The notes under the pieces are model-generated. The model ran no database searches. It was not told where the DNA came from and worked only from the letters and a program-made list of their open reading frames with translations. From Obrimoposthia wandeli (Eukaryota), in the NCBI GenBank assembly GCA_977020255.1, contig CDROCS010006357.1, positions 186,001 through 237,818 of the forward strand: DNA of 51,818 bases, written 5' to 3'. Shown piece by piece: positions 40,596 through 51,818 of the stretch. A program made the position numbers and the translations under genes. Position 1 is the first letter of the stretch. Each line of letters opens with the position of its first letter.

Positions 40596-42094
40596 TGGAT
40601 ATCGGTAGCATGGAAGGCACGGCAATATCGTTGTTCCGTCTGCCATTTTCATTTGCGAAGCGTCATAGTGTTGTGCTTGAAGCCAGTGAAAGTGGTTGGA
40701 CGTTATCCTATAGCGGGCAACTTTCTGCGGTCGTCTTAGCGGAAGTTAGGCGTGTTGTGGGCAGTGGCTTTACGCCAATAGAATTGACCAGTAAAGAGTT
40801 TGAATTAAAACTCACAGAAGCGTATCAGCGTGGTTCATCTGAAGCACGTCAGCTAATGGAAGATTTAGGCGCCGATGATGATTTCTTCTCACTTGCAGAA
40901 GATCTGCCTGAAACCGAAGACTTGCTGGAATCGGAAGATGACGCGCCAATCATTAAATTGATTAACGCCATGTTAGCAGAAGCTATCAAAGAGGCGGCGT
41001 CAGATATCCATATTGAAACCTTTGAGAAAGCATTATCAATCCGTTTCCGTGTTGATGGTGTATTACGTGAAGTGTTACAACCCAGCCGTAAATTGGCCCC
41101 GTTGCTGGTTTCGCGAATTAAGGTAATGTCGCGTCTTGATATTGCAGAAAAACGTGTTCCTCAAGATGGTCGTATCTCACTGCGAATTGGTGGCCGTGCG
41201 GTAGATGTACGTGTATCGACGATGCCGTCATCGCATGGTGAGCGCGTTGTATTACGTTTGCTTGATAAAAATGCGACACGACTTGATCTCCATAGCTTGG
41301 GTATGACCGCTGAGAATCATAAAACGTTCCGTCATATTATCCAGCGTCCACACGGCATTATTCTTGTCACCGGTCCGACAGGTTCGGGTAAATCCACTAC
41401 CTTGTACGCTGGTTTACAAGAGCTGAATAGCCAAGAAAGTAATATTCTTACCGTTGAAGACCCGATTGAATTTGATATCGATGGGATAGGGCAAACACAG
41501 GTTAATACTAAAGTTGATATGACGTTTGCTCGTGGTTTGAGGGCCATCTTACGTCAGGATCCTGATGTCGTGATGATTGGTGAAATACGAGATTTTGAAA
41601 CGGCATCGATTGCTGTTCAAGCATCTCTAACCGGTCACATGGTGTTATCAACCTTGCACACTAATACCGCGATTGGTGCGGTTACTCGATTACGCGATAT
41701 GGGTATCGAGCCTTTCTTGGTTTCATCGTCATTGCTAGGGGTATTGGCTCAACGTTTAGTTCGTACTTTATGTGTACAGTGCCGAGAACCCTATGAGGCA
41801 AATCTCGAGCAGAAGAAACTCTTTAATATCAGTACTGATGAGCCATTGACGCTATATCATGCTGTAGGTTGTGAACACTGTAATAGCAAAGGTTATCGTG
41901 GTCGTACCGGTATCCACGAGTTGTTATTGATTGATGATAATGTCCAAGAGCTTATTCACTCTGAAGCGGGTGAGCAGTCGATTGAGAAAGTTATTCGAGA
42001 GTATACGCCAAGTATTCGAGATGACGGTCTAGCCAAAGTTAAACGCGGTATCACGACACTTGAAGAAGTGATGCGTGTCACCAAGGAGGGCTAA
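40595..42094 (+). CDS. gspE: Type II secretion ATPase E
   Basis: [18 protein letters not shown], CxxC...CxxC. Confidence 0.97.
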   Translation: MDIGSMEGTAISLFRLPFSFAKRHSVVLEASESGWTLSYSGQLSAVVLAEVRRVVGSGFTPIELTSKEFELKLTEAYQRGSSEARQLMEDLGADDDFFSLAEDLPETEDLLESEDDAPIIKLINAMLAEAIKEAASDIHIETFEKALSIRFRVDGVLREVLQPSRKLAPLLVSRIKVMSRLDIAEKRVPQDGRISLRIGGRAVDVRVSTMPSSHGERVVLRLLDKNATRLDLHSLGMTAENHKTFRHIIQRPHGIILVTGPTGSGKSTTLYAGLQELNSQESNILTVEDPIEFDIDGIGQTQVNTKVDMTFARGLRAILRQDPDVVMIGEIRDFETASIAVQASLTGHMVLSTLHTNTAIGAVTRLRDMGIEPFLVSSSLLGVLAQRLVRTLCVQCREPYEANLEQKKLFNISTDEPLTLYHAVGCEHCNSKGYRGRTGIHELLLIDDNVQELIHSEAGEQSIEKVIREYTPSIRDDGLAKVKRGITTLEEVMRVTKEG

Positions 42095-43326
42095 TGGCAG
42101 CATTTGAATATAAGGCGCTAGACGCAAAAGGTCGCCAGAAAAAAGGCGTGCTTGAAGGCGATCATGCTCGTCAGGTTAGACAGCAGTTACGCGAAAAAGG
42201 ATTGATGCCCGTTGAAGTTGTGCAAACAGAAACGCGTAGTTCAGCCAAAAAGATGGGTGCGAGTAGTACTAAATTCCAATTTCGTCGTGGAATCAGTACC
42301 AATGAGTTATCACTTATCACACGCCAATTAGCCACATTAGTTCAGGCGGGTATGCCTCTTGAAGAATGTTTAAAAGCGGTTGGTGAGCAAAACGAACAGC
42401 CCCGATTACGTAATATGTTATTAGCAGTACGCTCTCGGGTTGTTGAAGGGTATACCTTGTCAGATAGTATGGCGGAATACCCTCATATCTTTGATCAGCT
42501 CTTTCGTGCCATGGTGGCAGCTGGTGAGAAGTCGGGTCACTTAGATACCGTTTTAAACCGCTTGGCGGATTACACTGAAAATCGTCAAAAAATGCGTAGC
42601 AAACTTCAGCAAGCAATGATTTATCCGACCATGCTAACGTTGGTGGCGGTTGCCGTTGTCGCATTTTTGCTGGCAACGGTTGTCCCTAAAATTGTTGATC
42701 AGTTTGTCCAGATGGGGCAAAAATTACCAACCATTACCGAAGTATTATTAGCAGCCAGTAACTTTGTGCAAAATTGGGGCATCGTTGTGGTTATCGTGAT
42801 TATTTCGATTATTGCGTTGATCAAAAGTGCACTAAAGAAGCCTGCATTTAGATTGAAGTGGGATCGTTGGATATTACACATTCCAGTGATCGGCAAGGTT
42901 GCTCGTGGTCTGAATACATCTCGCTTTGCGCGTACTCTTTCAATATGTACATCGAGTGCGATTCCACTGCTAGATGGGATGAAAGTCGCTTCAGATGTAA
43001 TGACCAATACATGGGTAAATAAGCAGATTATTGAGGCATCAGAAAAAGTACGTGAAGGTGCTAGCCTGCGTATATCACTAGAACAAACTAAACTGTTCCC
43101 GCCTATGATGTTGCACATGATAGCCAGTGGGGAACGAAGTGGTGAGTTGGAGCAAATGTTGACCCGTGCGGCAGATAACCAAGATCGTGATTTTGAATCT
43201 TTGGTGAATATGGCGCTGGGTGTTTTTGAACCATTATTGATTGTCGCAATGGCCGGCATTGTGATGTTTATCGTCATCGCTACGCTAATGCCGATTATCG
43301 AATTGAATAATATGGTTGGTATGTAG
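42094..43326 (+). CDS. gspF: Type II secretion platform protein F
   Basis: AGEKSGHL, ASGERSGEL, FEPLLIV. Confidence 0.97.
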   Translation: MAAFEYKALDAKGRQKKGVLEGDHARQVRQQLREKGLMPVEVVQTETRSSAKKMGASSTKFQFRRGISTNELSLITRQLATLVQAGMPLEECLKAVGEQNEQPRLRNMLLAVRSRVVEGYTLSDSMAEYPHIFDQLFRAMVAAGEKSGHLDTVLNRLADYTENRQKMRSKLQQAMIYPTMLTLVAVAVVAFLLATVVPKIVDQFVQMGQKLPTITEVLLAASNFVQNWGIVVVIVIISIIALIKSALKKPAFRLKWDRWILHIPVIGKVARGLNTSRFARTLSICTSSAIPLLDGMKVASDVMTNTWVNKQIIEASEKVREGASLRISLEQTKLFPPMMLHMIASGERSGELEQMLTRAADNQDRDFESLVNMALGVFEPLLIVAMAGIVMFIVIATLMPIIELNNMVGM

Positions 43327-43348
43327 TTTTTCCTTTGGAGGTTTTTTC

Positions 43349-43783
43349 ATGCAACGCAAACAACGCGGCTTTACGCTGTTAGAGGTTATGGTCGTTATCG
43401 TTATTCTTGGCGTATTAGCCAGCTTAGTGGTACCGAATCTATTAGGTAATAAAGAGAAAGCGGATCAACAAAAAGCCGTTACCGATATCAGTGCGTTAGA
43501 GCAATCGTTAGATATGTATAAGTTGGATAACAGTGTTTACCCAACAACCGATCAAGGTCTAGAAGCATTAGTCTCTAAACCTTCGTCGTCACCAGAGCCG
43601 CGTAACTACCGCGATGGTGGTTATATTCGCCGTTTACCTAACGATCCTTGGGGTTACGAGTACCAGTACGTGATGCCGGGTGAACATGGTCTTATTGATA
43701 TATTTAGCTTAGGTGCTGATGGTCAAGAAGGCGGTGAGGGTAATAATACTGATATTGGCAACTGGAACATGTTGGACTTTTAA
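43349..43783 (+). CDS. gspG: Major pseudopilin G
   Basis: RG|FTLLEVMVV prepilin site, PNDPWG. Start ATG 43349 with SD GGAGG. Confidence 0.97.
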   Translation: MQRKQRGFTLLEVMVVIVILGVLASLVVPNLLGNKEKADQQKAVTDISALEQSLDMYKLDNSVYPTTDQGLEALVSKPSSSPEPRNYRDGGYIRRLPNDPWGYEYQYVMPGEHGLIDIFSLGADGQEGGEGNNTDIGNWNMLDF

Positions 43784-43800
43784 GTCTAGCGTTTAATTAT

Positions 43801-44382
43801 ATGAAGAAACGTGCGGCGGGTTTTACCTTAATTGAAATGATGTTGGTGCTAGTGCTGCTAGCAACCAGTGCTGTCGCTGTGATTATTTCATTGCCAGAAA
43901 GCAAAGACGATAAGGTAAAAGACGAAGCTGCACGTTTTTATCAGCTCGTTCAATTATTGGGCGAGGATGCATTACTTAATGGCGTTGATTACGGTATTCG
44001 GATTGAACGTCATCGTTATCAGTTTCTTGAGTTAACCCGTGATGATTGGCAACCCATAAAAGAATCGAAGTTTTTTACTGAGGTCGATGTTGGTGAAGAC
44101 ATCAATCTAAGGGTCGAGATCGGAGGTTATTCATGGCAAGACAAAGATCGCCTGTTTAAGCCGGGTTCATTATTTGATGAAGACATGTTTGCTGAACAAA
44201 CTGATAAAAATAAAATTAAGCCCCCACAGGTTGTTGTGATGGCAAGCGGTGAGTACACCCCCTTTACGTTAGATTTTGAGGTTGATGGGCAAAATCAATT
44301 TTGGCATGTACAAGCAGATGAACTCGGACAGCTATTCCTTCTTCATCCCGGTGAAGAGCTAGATGTTGAGAAGAAACGATGA
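43801..44382 (+). CDS. gspH: Minor pseudopilin H
   Basis: AG|FTLIEMMLV; last fully intact gene in the window. Confidence 0.93.
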   Translation: MKKRAAGFTLIEMMLVLVLLATSAVAVIISLPESKDDKVKDEAARFYQLVQLLGEDALLNGVDYGIRIERHRYQFLELTRDDWQPIKESKFFTEVDVGEDINLRVEIGGYSWQDKDRLFKPGSLFDEDMFAEQTDKNKIKPPQVVVMASGEYTPFTLDFEVDGQNQFWHVQADELGQLFLLHPGEELDVEKKR

Positions 44383-44695
44383 AGCTGTCATTGGAATGAC
44401 GTTATTGATGCTTTGGTGACCATAGCGATATTTTGCTATGCAGCTTTGAGTGTGATGAAAGCATCGGCCAGCAGGTATTTGGGGGCAAAAAACCAGCTGC
44501 CATTATGGGGTGGCCGATGCTCATGCGGCTTTCGATTCCTGGCAGGCAAATCGGAACGTAGGTCAGGAATGAATGTGGTCGGTAAAAAGTACAAAAACGG
44601 CTGATGGGTATTTGCGTGCTGTTGATGTCACGGTTGCCACAGATTCAGAACGAAAGAAATCCGTTGTCTCGGTAAGAACTTATGTTGCGAATTAA
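44363..44695 (+). pseudogene. gspI: Minor pseudopilin I, frameshifted (probably sequence error)
   Basis: MLRRNDEAVIGMTLL then a frameshift to LVTIAIFCYAALSVMK; the C-terminus [29 protein letters not shown] is in another frame. Confidence 0.8.
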
Positions 44696-45334
44696 TCATC
44701 CTTGCTCTTCTCATCGGCTCCATTCTTCGCAGCAAGGTTTTACGCTGTTAGAAGTACTGGTCGCGATTGCTGTTTTTGCCATGTTGAGCTTATCTGCTTA
44801 CCAAGTGCTAAATAATGTTCAACTCAGTAATCAACAATCGATAGAACACAATGATCGCTTACAGTCGATTCAACGTGCCGTTGTCATGATGGATAACGAT
44901 TTCGTCCTGAATGGTAACAAGTCGGGGAGTTGTCACCGAAAAGCAGTGATAAGTTGTTGTTGGCGAGTGAGTATCTATTAGGTTCATCGAGTCATGGAAT
45001 AACGTTTACGCGTGCAGGCTGGCAAAACCCTCAACAGATGTTTCCCCGTGGTGAAAATGTACGCGTTGGCTACCGTATTATTGACGATACATTAGAGCGA
45101 GTATGGTTCCGTTATCCCGATACTGTGGTTGGCGTAGAGCCTTTAGTGAGAGAGATACTGACGGATGTAACCGACTTGTCATTTCGCTTTTACAGTGACA
45201 ATAAATGGACGGAAGAATGGTCGAAAGATGCCGTTTTACCAGAAGGTATTATGGTGAAAATGACGCTGGCTGACTTTGGTGATATTGAACGTGTGTATAT
45301 ACTTTCGCAACATCTGGTTAGGTACTTTAAATGA
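44682..45334 (+). pseudogene. gspJ: Minor pseudopilin J, split in two frames (probably sequence error)
   Basis: QG|[13 protein letters not shown] in 44682-44981 and TRAGWQNPQQMFPRG...RYPD in 44930-45334. Confidence 0.85.
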
Positions 45335-45341
45335 GTTAACA

Positions 45342-46385
45342 ATGAATCATTTGAGCCGAATCACAGCACCGAGAATGAGTCTCATAGGGCGTCGTTTATT
45401 ACTGTTAGCGCTGATGACATTATTGGCAGCACAAATGACTGAGCGGCTACATCACAATTTTTACCGTGTTGAAAATCAAGTGCTTAACCAGCAAGCCTAT
45501 TGGTACGCCCAAGGAATGGAAGAGCTTGCCAAAGTCGCGATTCAGCAAAGTACCGATGATAGCGATACCATTAATTTGAATCAGGCATGGGCAACAGAAG
45601 GGCAGCGCTATCCTTTAGAAGGAGGCGAAGTCATCGGTAACATTCTCGACCGTCAGGCATGCTTTAACCTTAATGCGTTGAAGAACGTCAAGCAAGAAGC
45701 AAACTCAAACCAAAAACCTTTCTTAGTTGCGTATTTGCAAGCATTACTAGAAGAGGTGGGTGTTGAGAGCTATAACGCGGAGGTGATTGCTGATTCCAGT
45801 TGGGAATATATTGATACTGATGATGTTGTTCAATCTGCTTATGGTGCGGAAGACAGCACGTATGAAGGTTTTAGTCCGCCTTATTTACCGCCCAATGATT
45901 GGATTGCCGATGTCAGTGAGTTTCGAGCAATAAACGGTGTTACGGCACCGATTTATGAAAAAGTAAAACATTTACTGTGCGCCTTGCCGAGCGACGATAT
46001 GGTGCTGAATGTTAATACACTAAAGGAAAGACAAGCTGCATTATTGGCTGCTTTATATAGCCCTGCCTTGTCGCTTTCAGATGCAGAACGAATTATTTCT
46101 GGTCGTCGTTTTGATGGCTGGGATAGTGTTGATGACTTTACTGCTGAATCGGCTATTGCGTCTATTAGTGGTGATGTTAAAGACAAAGCGAAAACGCACC
46201 TTGGTGTAAGCAGTAACTATTTTCAAATGGATACAGAAGTACTGGTTGATCGAGCCAGAATACGGTTAGTGGCATTACTTAAACGTGATGAGAAAGAGGT
46301 GACGGTTGTTCGTCGCCGTTGTAGATCAGTAGGCATTCTGACAATAAGGCTAAGTAATGAAGCACTGCACATGGGAGTGCAGTAA
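45342..46385 (+). CDS. gspK: Minor pseudopilin K with damaged N-terminus and read-through into gspL
   Basis: QAYWYAQGME, DRQACFNLNAL, CALP...LNVNT; the prepilin G|xALI site is garbled; the C-terminus is fused to the GspL start (LTIRLSNE). Confidence 0.8.
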   Translation: MNHLSRITAPRMSLIGRRLLLLALMTLLAAQMTERLHHNFYRVENQVLNQQAYWYAQGMEELAKVAIQQSTDDSDTINLNQAWATEGQRYPLEGGEVIGNILDRQACFNLNALKNVKQEANSNQKPFLVAYLQALLEEVGVESYNAEVIADSSWEYIDTDDVVQSAYGAEDSTYEGFSPPYLPPNDWIADVSEFRAINGVTAPIYEKVKHLLCALPSDDMVLNVNTLKERQAALLAALYSPALSLSDAERIISGRRFDGWDSVDDFTAESAIASISGDVKDKAKTHLGVSSNYFQMDTEVLVDRARIRLVALLKRDEKEVTVVRRRCRSVGILTIRLSNEALHMGVQ

Positions 46386-47460
46386 CGTGCAGATGCCACA
46401 GCAAAAAGGCAATTGCATCGGTCAGTGGCTGATATGACGCAATTAAGCAGAGGCATTAGCAAACTGGCGTCGTTATCGCTTCTTATTGCACCAACAAGTG
46501 AACAATACTGGGCATTGCGATTCCTGCTGGTAGTGGGCGTCAACTTGCGGCGGTATTACCTTATCTATTAGAAGAGGAATTAGCACAAGATGTCGATTCA
46601 CTGTAGCACGGTACTAATCGCGAAGGAGAACATTACTTAATGTTGCCATCCGTTGAACACCAAGATCAAGTGGTTGAAGCATTATCACGTGCCAGGTGAA
46701 GTGCTAAACTGGTTCAGACCTTTATGTTTTACCGTTAATGCAGTTGGTGGGGCAGCAATGGTTGATTCGTACCAGTCCTTTGAACCATCATCAACGGCTA
46801 TTATGCGATAAATTACCTCTCTACAGATATAAATAGATGAACCGGAATGCAGATACCAGGATACAGATACAGATACTTCGAATGTTGAACCTATCAATAC
46901 AGAGTTGCAGCAATCGACAAATGTAATAATACATAATTTATTTCCCATTATGGTCCTCTTGAGCCAGAGCCCTGGATGCAGTGCTGTACTGGCTGAGAGG
47001 CGCAGAACAATAAAGCCAAAGCGTTGTCAGGGTCCATACAAGATTCAAATCATGGCATCTTAAATGCCAGCTGAAAGTGGCCATTGCAGCTGGGCTGGTA
47101 ACCCGCAGTATTGATGGCAGTTCAAAAAATGGAGCAGCAGGCAGTTTACAGGTAGAAGAGCGACATATCTTTTCAAGTAGAAGTTTGCGTTTGGCCTGTG
47201 CCTCTCAAAGTTATCTGAAAAACCAGATGAACAATGCTGTTAGTCGATTAGGAGGCACTGGGAGTGATAAGGGGTTATTACCTTGAAGTTGGTCGAAATT
47301 CAAAAGAAACCCGTATTGAGGCAGAAGTGCCTCAAATAGGTTTCAGCATTTGACAGATTCATTTACGCTTCTAGCGGAACAGTTTATCGTAGAGCAAGGC
47401 CAATTGAATAAAGATGGCGAGCGGGTTAATGGTACTGTCGTACTAAGGAGAAAATCATGA
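46325..47460 (+). pseudogene. gspL: Type II secretion protein L, multiply frameshifted
   Basis: Fragments LTIRLSNE, LEEELAQDVDSL, EQFIVEQGQLNKDGERVNGTVVLRRKS*; the stop overlaps the gspM ATG. Start approximate. Confidence 0.75.
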
Positions 47461-47903
47461 AAGCATGGTGGAAAACCTTAAGTCAGCGAGAGCAACGTTT
47501 AGTCTTAGGTGGCTCAGCCGCGTTAATATTGGCGATAATCTATTGGGGTATCTGGCAGCCTTTAGCTAATCGTGCCGAACTGGCTCAAAATCGCATTCAA
47601 TCTGAGCGTCAGCTATTGAGTTGGGTTGAAGATAAAGCGAATCAGATTGCCAGTTTAAAAGGCACATCTGGCGCCAGTGTGACGGTGAGCAATAAAGGGC
47701 TTAATCAAGTCATCAATGAAACGACAAGCCGTTTTCGTATTGAGCTAATTCGGATGCAACCTCGCAATGAATCGGTCCAAGTATGGGTTAAGCCAGTACC
47801 GTTCAATACACTTGTGAATTGGTTGGCGTTTTTACACGAAGAACATGGCATTGAAGCTCAATTTTTGGATGTTTCAAGAACAAAAAGCAACGGTATCAGT
47901 TAA
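47457..47903 (+). CDS. gspM: Type II secretion protein M, 3' end frameshifted
   Basis: MKAWWKTLSQREQRLV, YWGIWQPL, LIRMQPR, VPFNTLVNWL. Confidence 0.85.
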   Translation: MKAWWKTLSQREQRLVLGGSAALILAIIYWGIWQPLANRAELAQNRIQSERQLLSWVEDKANQIASLKGTSGASVTVSNKGLNQVINETTSRFRIELIRMQPRNESVQVWVKPVPFNTLVNWLAFLHEEHGIEAQFLDVSRTKSNGIS

Positions 47904-47904
47904 G

Positions 47905-48357
47905 TGAACTTGCGTAAGAGGGCTGAAAATTTATTGGTTTCAGTTCCAGCTCAAAATGTATTGAAATATGCCCACTGCCTATTCAGCAACGGTTTTCCGA
48001 AATCTTGAACGACATGCAGAATTATGCTATATCAAGGAGTGCCAAACACTGTTGATGTTTTAGATGGCTCACTTGCTTGGACAGCAGGTAATGTAAGTTC
48101 TCCTCTTGGTTCGATTAAGCCAGGTCCTGTTATTGCAGATCTTAGCTGTGAACAAGGGGAGCTAGCGGCAAGAGTGATCTTCAACTTAGGATCTTGTCAG
48201 GTGGAGAAAATCTTGGGCAAAGCCCTGCCAATTATCGTCTTGATGGCTGGTTTAAGCCTGGGGCTGAATTTCCACCTCAGCTTGGTAAACAGTTAAAATG
48301 GTTAGGTACGCCTGATACGAAAGGGCAGTACAAAAATAAACTATAGGGCCATATCTG
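47905..48357 (+). pseudogene. gspN: Type II secretion protein N, fragmentary with a large internal deletion
   Basis: Fragments SSPLGSIKPGPVIADLSCEQG and YRLDGWFKPGAEFPPQLGKQLKWLG; ~450 bp versus ~250 aa expected. Ends approximate. Confidence 0.65.
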
Positions 48358-48437
48358 GTGATGTTTTTGGCAGACGGTGCAGTTTACTTTCTCAGAATGT
48401 GGGTGGGTTAACTTTGTGAATGAAAGGCATTCTTGGC

Positions 48438-48908
48438 ATGGCAGCTGATAAGAATAAACCTGAAATATTATCAACAGAGGTTGTTGCACAATCTCGACTA
48501 TTTAAGATTGAATCTCTAGATCTTATTTTTCAGATAATGGGGTGAACATTTGACAGAATGATGCCCAAGTGTCATGGTACTCATTCATGATCTCTTGCGG
48601 GCACTGATCGCTACGAGCTAGGGTTTCCTAAAGGATTAATCGATGCGGGCGAAAGCGCCGAGCAAGCGGCAAATCGTGAGTTGAAAGAGGAAATTAGAAA
48701 CAAACCAATTTACAACTAATCGAAAGTGGTGTGGCCCTCAATGTTTTCTAGCCGTATGACGCTTTTTTTAGCCCAAGATTTATACCCTGAACGATTAGAA
48801 GGTGATGAGCCTGAGCCGTTAGAGATTGTTCGTTGGCCTGTTAGCCAAGGGGAAGAATTGATTAATCATCTCGATTTTGCTGAAGCGAAGTATTCACCGC
48901 CACTATAA
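48438..48908 (+). pseudogene. nudE: ADP compounds hydrolase NudE, frameshifted
   Basis: MAADKNKPEILSTEVVAQSRLFKIESLDL; YELGFPKGLIDAGESAEQAANRELKEE (Nudix box); LYPERLEGDEPEPL in different frames. Confidence 0.8.
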
Positions 48909-48940
48909 ATAAAACAACTCTCCCTATTAGGAGGTTAGCT

Positions 48941-49714
48941 AGTTATCACCTCATTCCCTCGGTGGTCGATATCGCTCGTGAATCTGGGCAAGTTATTTTA
49001 GATATTTACCAACGTGGTCAGTTTGAAAAATACATAAAACAAGATAATACGCCTGTTACGAGTGCAGATTTAGCGGCTCATAAATTAGTGGTTGAGCGGC
49101 TCACTGAACTTACACCCAACATACCTGTGCTATCGGAAGAAGATGCCACTGTCCCGCTAAAAGAGCGCAGTAAATGGGATCGTTATTGGTTAGTCGACCC
49201 ATTAGACGGTACGCAGGAGTTTATTGCTGGCAGTGGTGATTTCGCGACGATTATTGCTTTAGTTGAAGGCAATAAACCGATTATGGGGGTAGTGTATGCG
49301 CCTGTTTCAGGTGTTGTATATTATGCATATAGTGGGAAAGGCGCATGGAGAGACGATTACTTGAGAAGGAAACAGATTCATTTCGACATAAGCATGGAGT
49401 TACCAGCAGTCGATAGCTGTTGCGATTGTAGTCAGTGCGATTACTAATCGCTTGGATCCAGCATTGAACTATGAATTGGTACCGCTTGGCTCTGCGGCAT
49501 TGAAAGCCTGCTTGGTCGCTGAAGGTGCTGTCGATTGTTATTTGCGTCTTGGTCCAACGGGCGAGTGGGATACTGCCGCTACGCAATGTATTGTTGAAGA
49601 AGCTGGTGGACGAATATTGAATACACGGCAATCGCTATTATTTGACGTGATACATTAGAAAAATCGGTACGGCTGACCACACTCGGTGACATGGGCCATT
49701 CTGACACCTGATAA
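48941..49714 (+). pseudogene. cysQ: 3'(2'),5'-bisphosphate nucleotidase CysQ, frameshifted
   Basis: DNTPVTSAD, VLSEE, WLVDPLDGTQEF; second frame GSAALKACLVAEG...GEWDTAA. Ends approximate. Confidence 0.82.
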
Positions 49715-49829
49715 TCGTTTGATTGATGCCCCAACCAGCGCTGCTTTTGACCCTGTAGTAGAGTTCGAATCAAATAAAACGAGGGCTAAATGGCTCACGT
49801 TTCATTGTTAAACAATATTTTAACTGATC

Positions 49830-51200
49830 TTAAAATAAAGTTCCAGACAAGTAACATTTTGAATGGCTACCCATTGTTGGATAGTTGAAGGTGGTATTGA
49901 CGAAATAATCGATCGTATTACCTTCCCCTTTTTGTTCCATGATCGCTTGACCGATATGAATGATCTCAGCGGCACGCTCACCAAAGCAGTGGATCCCTAA
50001 GATCTCTTTAGTTTCTCGATGAAAGAGGATCTTCAAACTTCCCACTTCTGTTCCTGCAATTTGAGCACGAGCTAGGTGTTTAAACTGAGAGCGGCCCACT
50101 TCATAAGGTACTTTGTCTGCCGTTAGCTGCTGTTCTGTTTTACCCACAGAGCTAATTTCAGGAATGGTGTAGATACCTGTCGGAATATGGTCAATCAAGC
50201 TACCTTGTGCTTCTCCTGTCGTTATTGCTTGTGCGACAAAGCGACCTTGATCATAAGCGGCGCTTGCAAGGCTTGGGTAGCCGATAACATCTCCAACCGC
50301 GTACACATGATCCACATCGGTACAGTAATTCTGGTTAACGATAAGTTGACCACGAGAATCGCGTTAAAGCCTTTATGAGTTTGGTGTTGCCTGGCGCCCA
50401 TTGGCTGTAACAAACAATGCCCATTTTTCTGCGATTCTGTGCGAATAACAGCGTCATCTGTGCCAGAATTTTCGATGAAACACGTTCGTCTTCCACTATT
50501 CCACAGGTGGTAAGACAGTGAGTCAGAGATCTCGTTATCCAAAAATTCTAATAAACGATGACGAGTATTGATGAGGTCGACTTTTACGCCTAACCCTCTA
50601 AAAATCGACGCATATTCGCTGCCAATAACACCTGCGCCATAAATGATGATATGGCGAGGGTCATGCTCTAGCTGCAGAATTGAATCACTGTCATAGACGC
50701 GAGAATGATCAAAATCAACGCCTTCAGGATGATAAGGGCGTGAGCCTGTTGCGATCACAAATTTATCAGCACTATACAAGTCGGTGCTGTTATCGGCATT
50801 TTTTACTCGAACGGTATGGGCATCAGTAAAGCTGGCTTCGCCAAAAATAAGGCTGCATTTATTACGATCGTAAAAGCCTTGGCGCATTCGAGTTTGTTTA
50901 TTCACAACATCTTGAGCGTGACCTAAAATTTGACTGAAGGTACTGTGTAGGCTGGAGTTGTTTTTGCAATAGAGAGGATTTTGATTGTATTCGATAATAC
51001 GACTGACTGCATGGCGGAGTGCTTTAGAAGGAATGGTTCCCCAGTGAGTACACCCTCCTCCTACGCTATTTTCTCTTTCGATAACGCGAGCGTTTAATCT
51101 GGCACAGCCCCATTTCATGACCCCTTCTCCCGCAGGACCCGCTGCCAATAATATGGTAAGCATCAAATTGGTGGGCTTTTATTTTCAGCGTGTGATTGAA
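49830..51200 (-). pseudogene. sthA: Soluble pyridine nucleotide transhydrogenase, frameshifted
   Basis: [31 protein letters not shown] in 50222-51166; [21 protein letters not shown]...FNYPTM in 49830-50315; both ends garbled. Confidence 0.85.
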
Positions 51201-51818
51201 CATTATCATCTGTTAATAGCGATAAGTTTAACGCAGTGTTAGAATCGGCGGCGTGATCAGGCCAATTGTCAATGCGTTGTTCTAACGAAATATGATGAAA
51301 ATGTGTATTTCGCTACTTTAAAATGATGATTATTGTTTTAATCATCGTGTGATGAATTTGTGTTTGCTCGGCGAAGCCAGCAAACCCGTCTGCTTGAAAG
51401 AAAGCTTTGATCACCCAGACTGAGGGGAAGATAATCCGAATGGCAAGGGGGCGTCATTGGCCAACGATGAGGTCTGAAGGAAACATGGGGAGGATGAAAG
51501 TACAACGCAAGTGAACCCAAATGGCGGGATTGGTGGGTAGTGTGCAGCCAGCACAAATACTCAGACAAAGCAATCACGTGAAAGGGATGGGATCTAGCTC
51601 AAAGGGACTGGTGCAACCAGCATCCCAGCTCCAGCATAAGGCTGGGCTTATAAGCACAGAAGTGATTCAGAACTTTGCATCGGTAGTGTGAGGTGGCAGA
51701 TGAATCGTGGTGGTAAAGTTTCAGCCAGAGTGAAACCCAAATTGGCTGGAGGATAAAAACTAGAACTGACCAGCAGCAGCACGTGTTTGCTGGGCTAACT
51801 GTCTCTGCTTCATGGGTT

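Noticed and set aside
44383-48357. A novel reduced T2SS lacking minor pseudopilins and GspL/N, or programmed frameshifting
   Set aside because: The same damage continues into nudE, cysQ and sthA and includes block deletions; sequencing/assembly error is more parsimonious.
49830-51240. Spot 42-sthA regulatory pair within one window (sthA is a Spot 42 target in E. coli)
   Set aside because: The sthA leader lies in the corrupted region, so pairing cannot be assessed; proximity carries no information for a trans-acting sRNA.
51338-51577. 79-aa ORF at the window end
   Set aside because: No recognisable motifs; lies in garbled or foreign sequence.

Overview
This is core chromosome of a Vibrionaceae bacterium at roughly 40-43% GC; a Photobacterium-like assignment is inferred from gene order and composition, not verified. 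Gene order: uvrD(3' end), ggt, lysE, araC, rarD, recQ, DUF3630, yhhQ, GNAT, [RyhB], elbB, polA, [Spot 42], yihA, cytochrome c4, [CsrB-type RNA], a methyltransferase relic, yihI, DUF2489, hemN, add, glnG, glnL, DUF4124, glnA, typA, AAA ATPase, DUF2959, yihY, dtd, yiiD, AsmA-like, pckA, hslO, hslR, the type II secretion operon gspC-N, nudE, cysQ, sthA. I saw no phage, IS, integron, CRISPR array, tRNA or rRNA. The most interesting content is non-coding and absent from the ORF track. It includes a preQ1-I type III riboswitch before yhhQ, a long Fur-controlled RyhB, Spot 42 with an intact SpfP peptide ORF, and a candidate ~100-nt sRNA downstream of spf. There is also a ~460-nt CsrB-type RNA with ~19 GGA motifs and a UvrY/GacA box, DnaA-box/GATC clusters on both sides of polA-spf, a repeated candidate AraC operator, and a heavily decayed SAM-methyltransferase pseudogene still coupled to yihI. 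From ~44.4 kb to the end, every gene carries indels or block deletions (gspI-N, nudE, cysQ, sthA), and the last ~280 bp are CpG-depleted and look non-bacterial. The most parsimonious reading is a low-quality or chimeric contig end rather than biology. I do not see a convincing wholly new multi-gene system; the best novelty candidates are the unannotated sRNA and the regulatory elements around polA.
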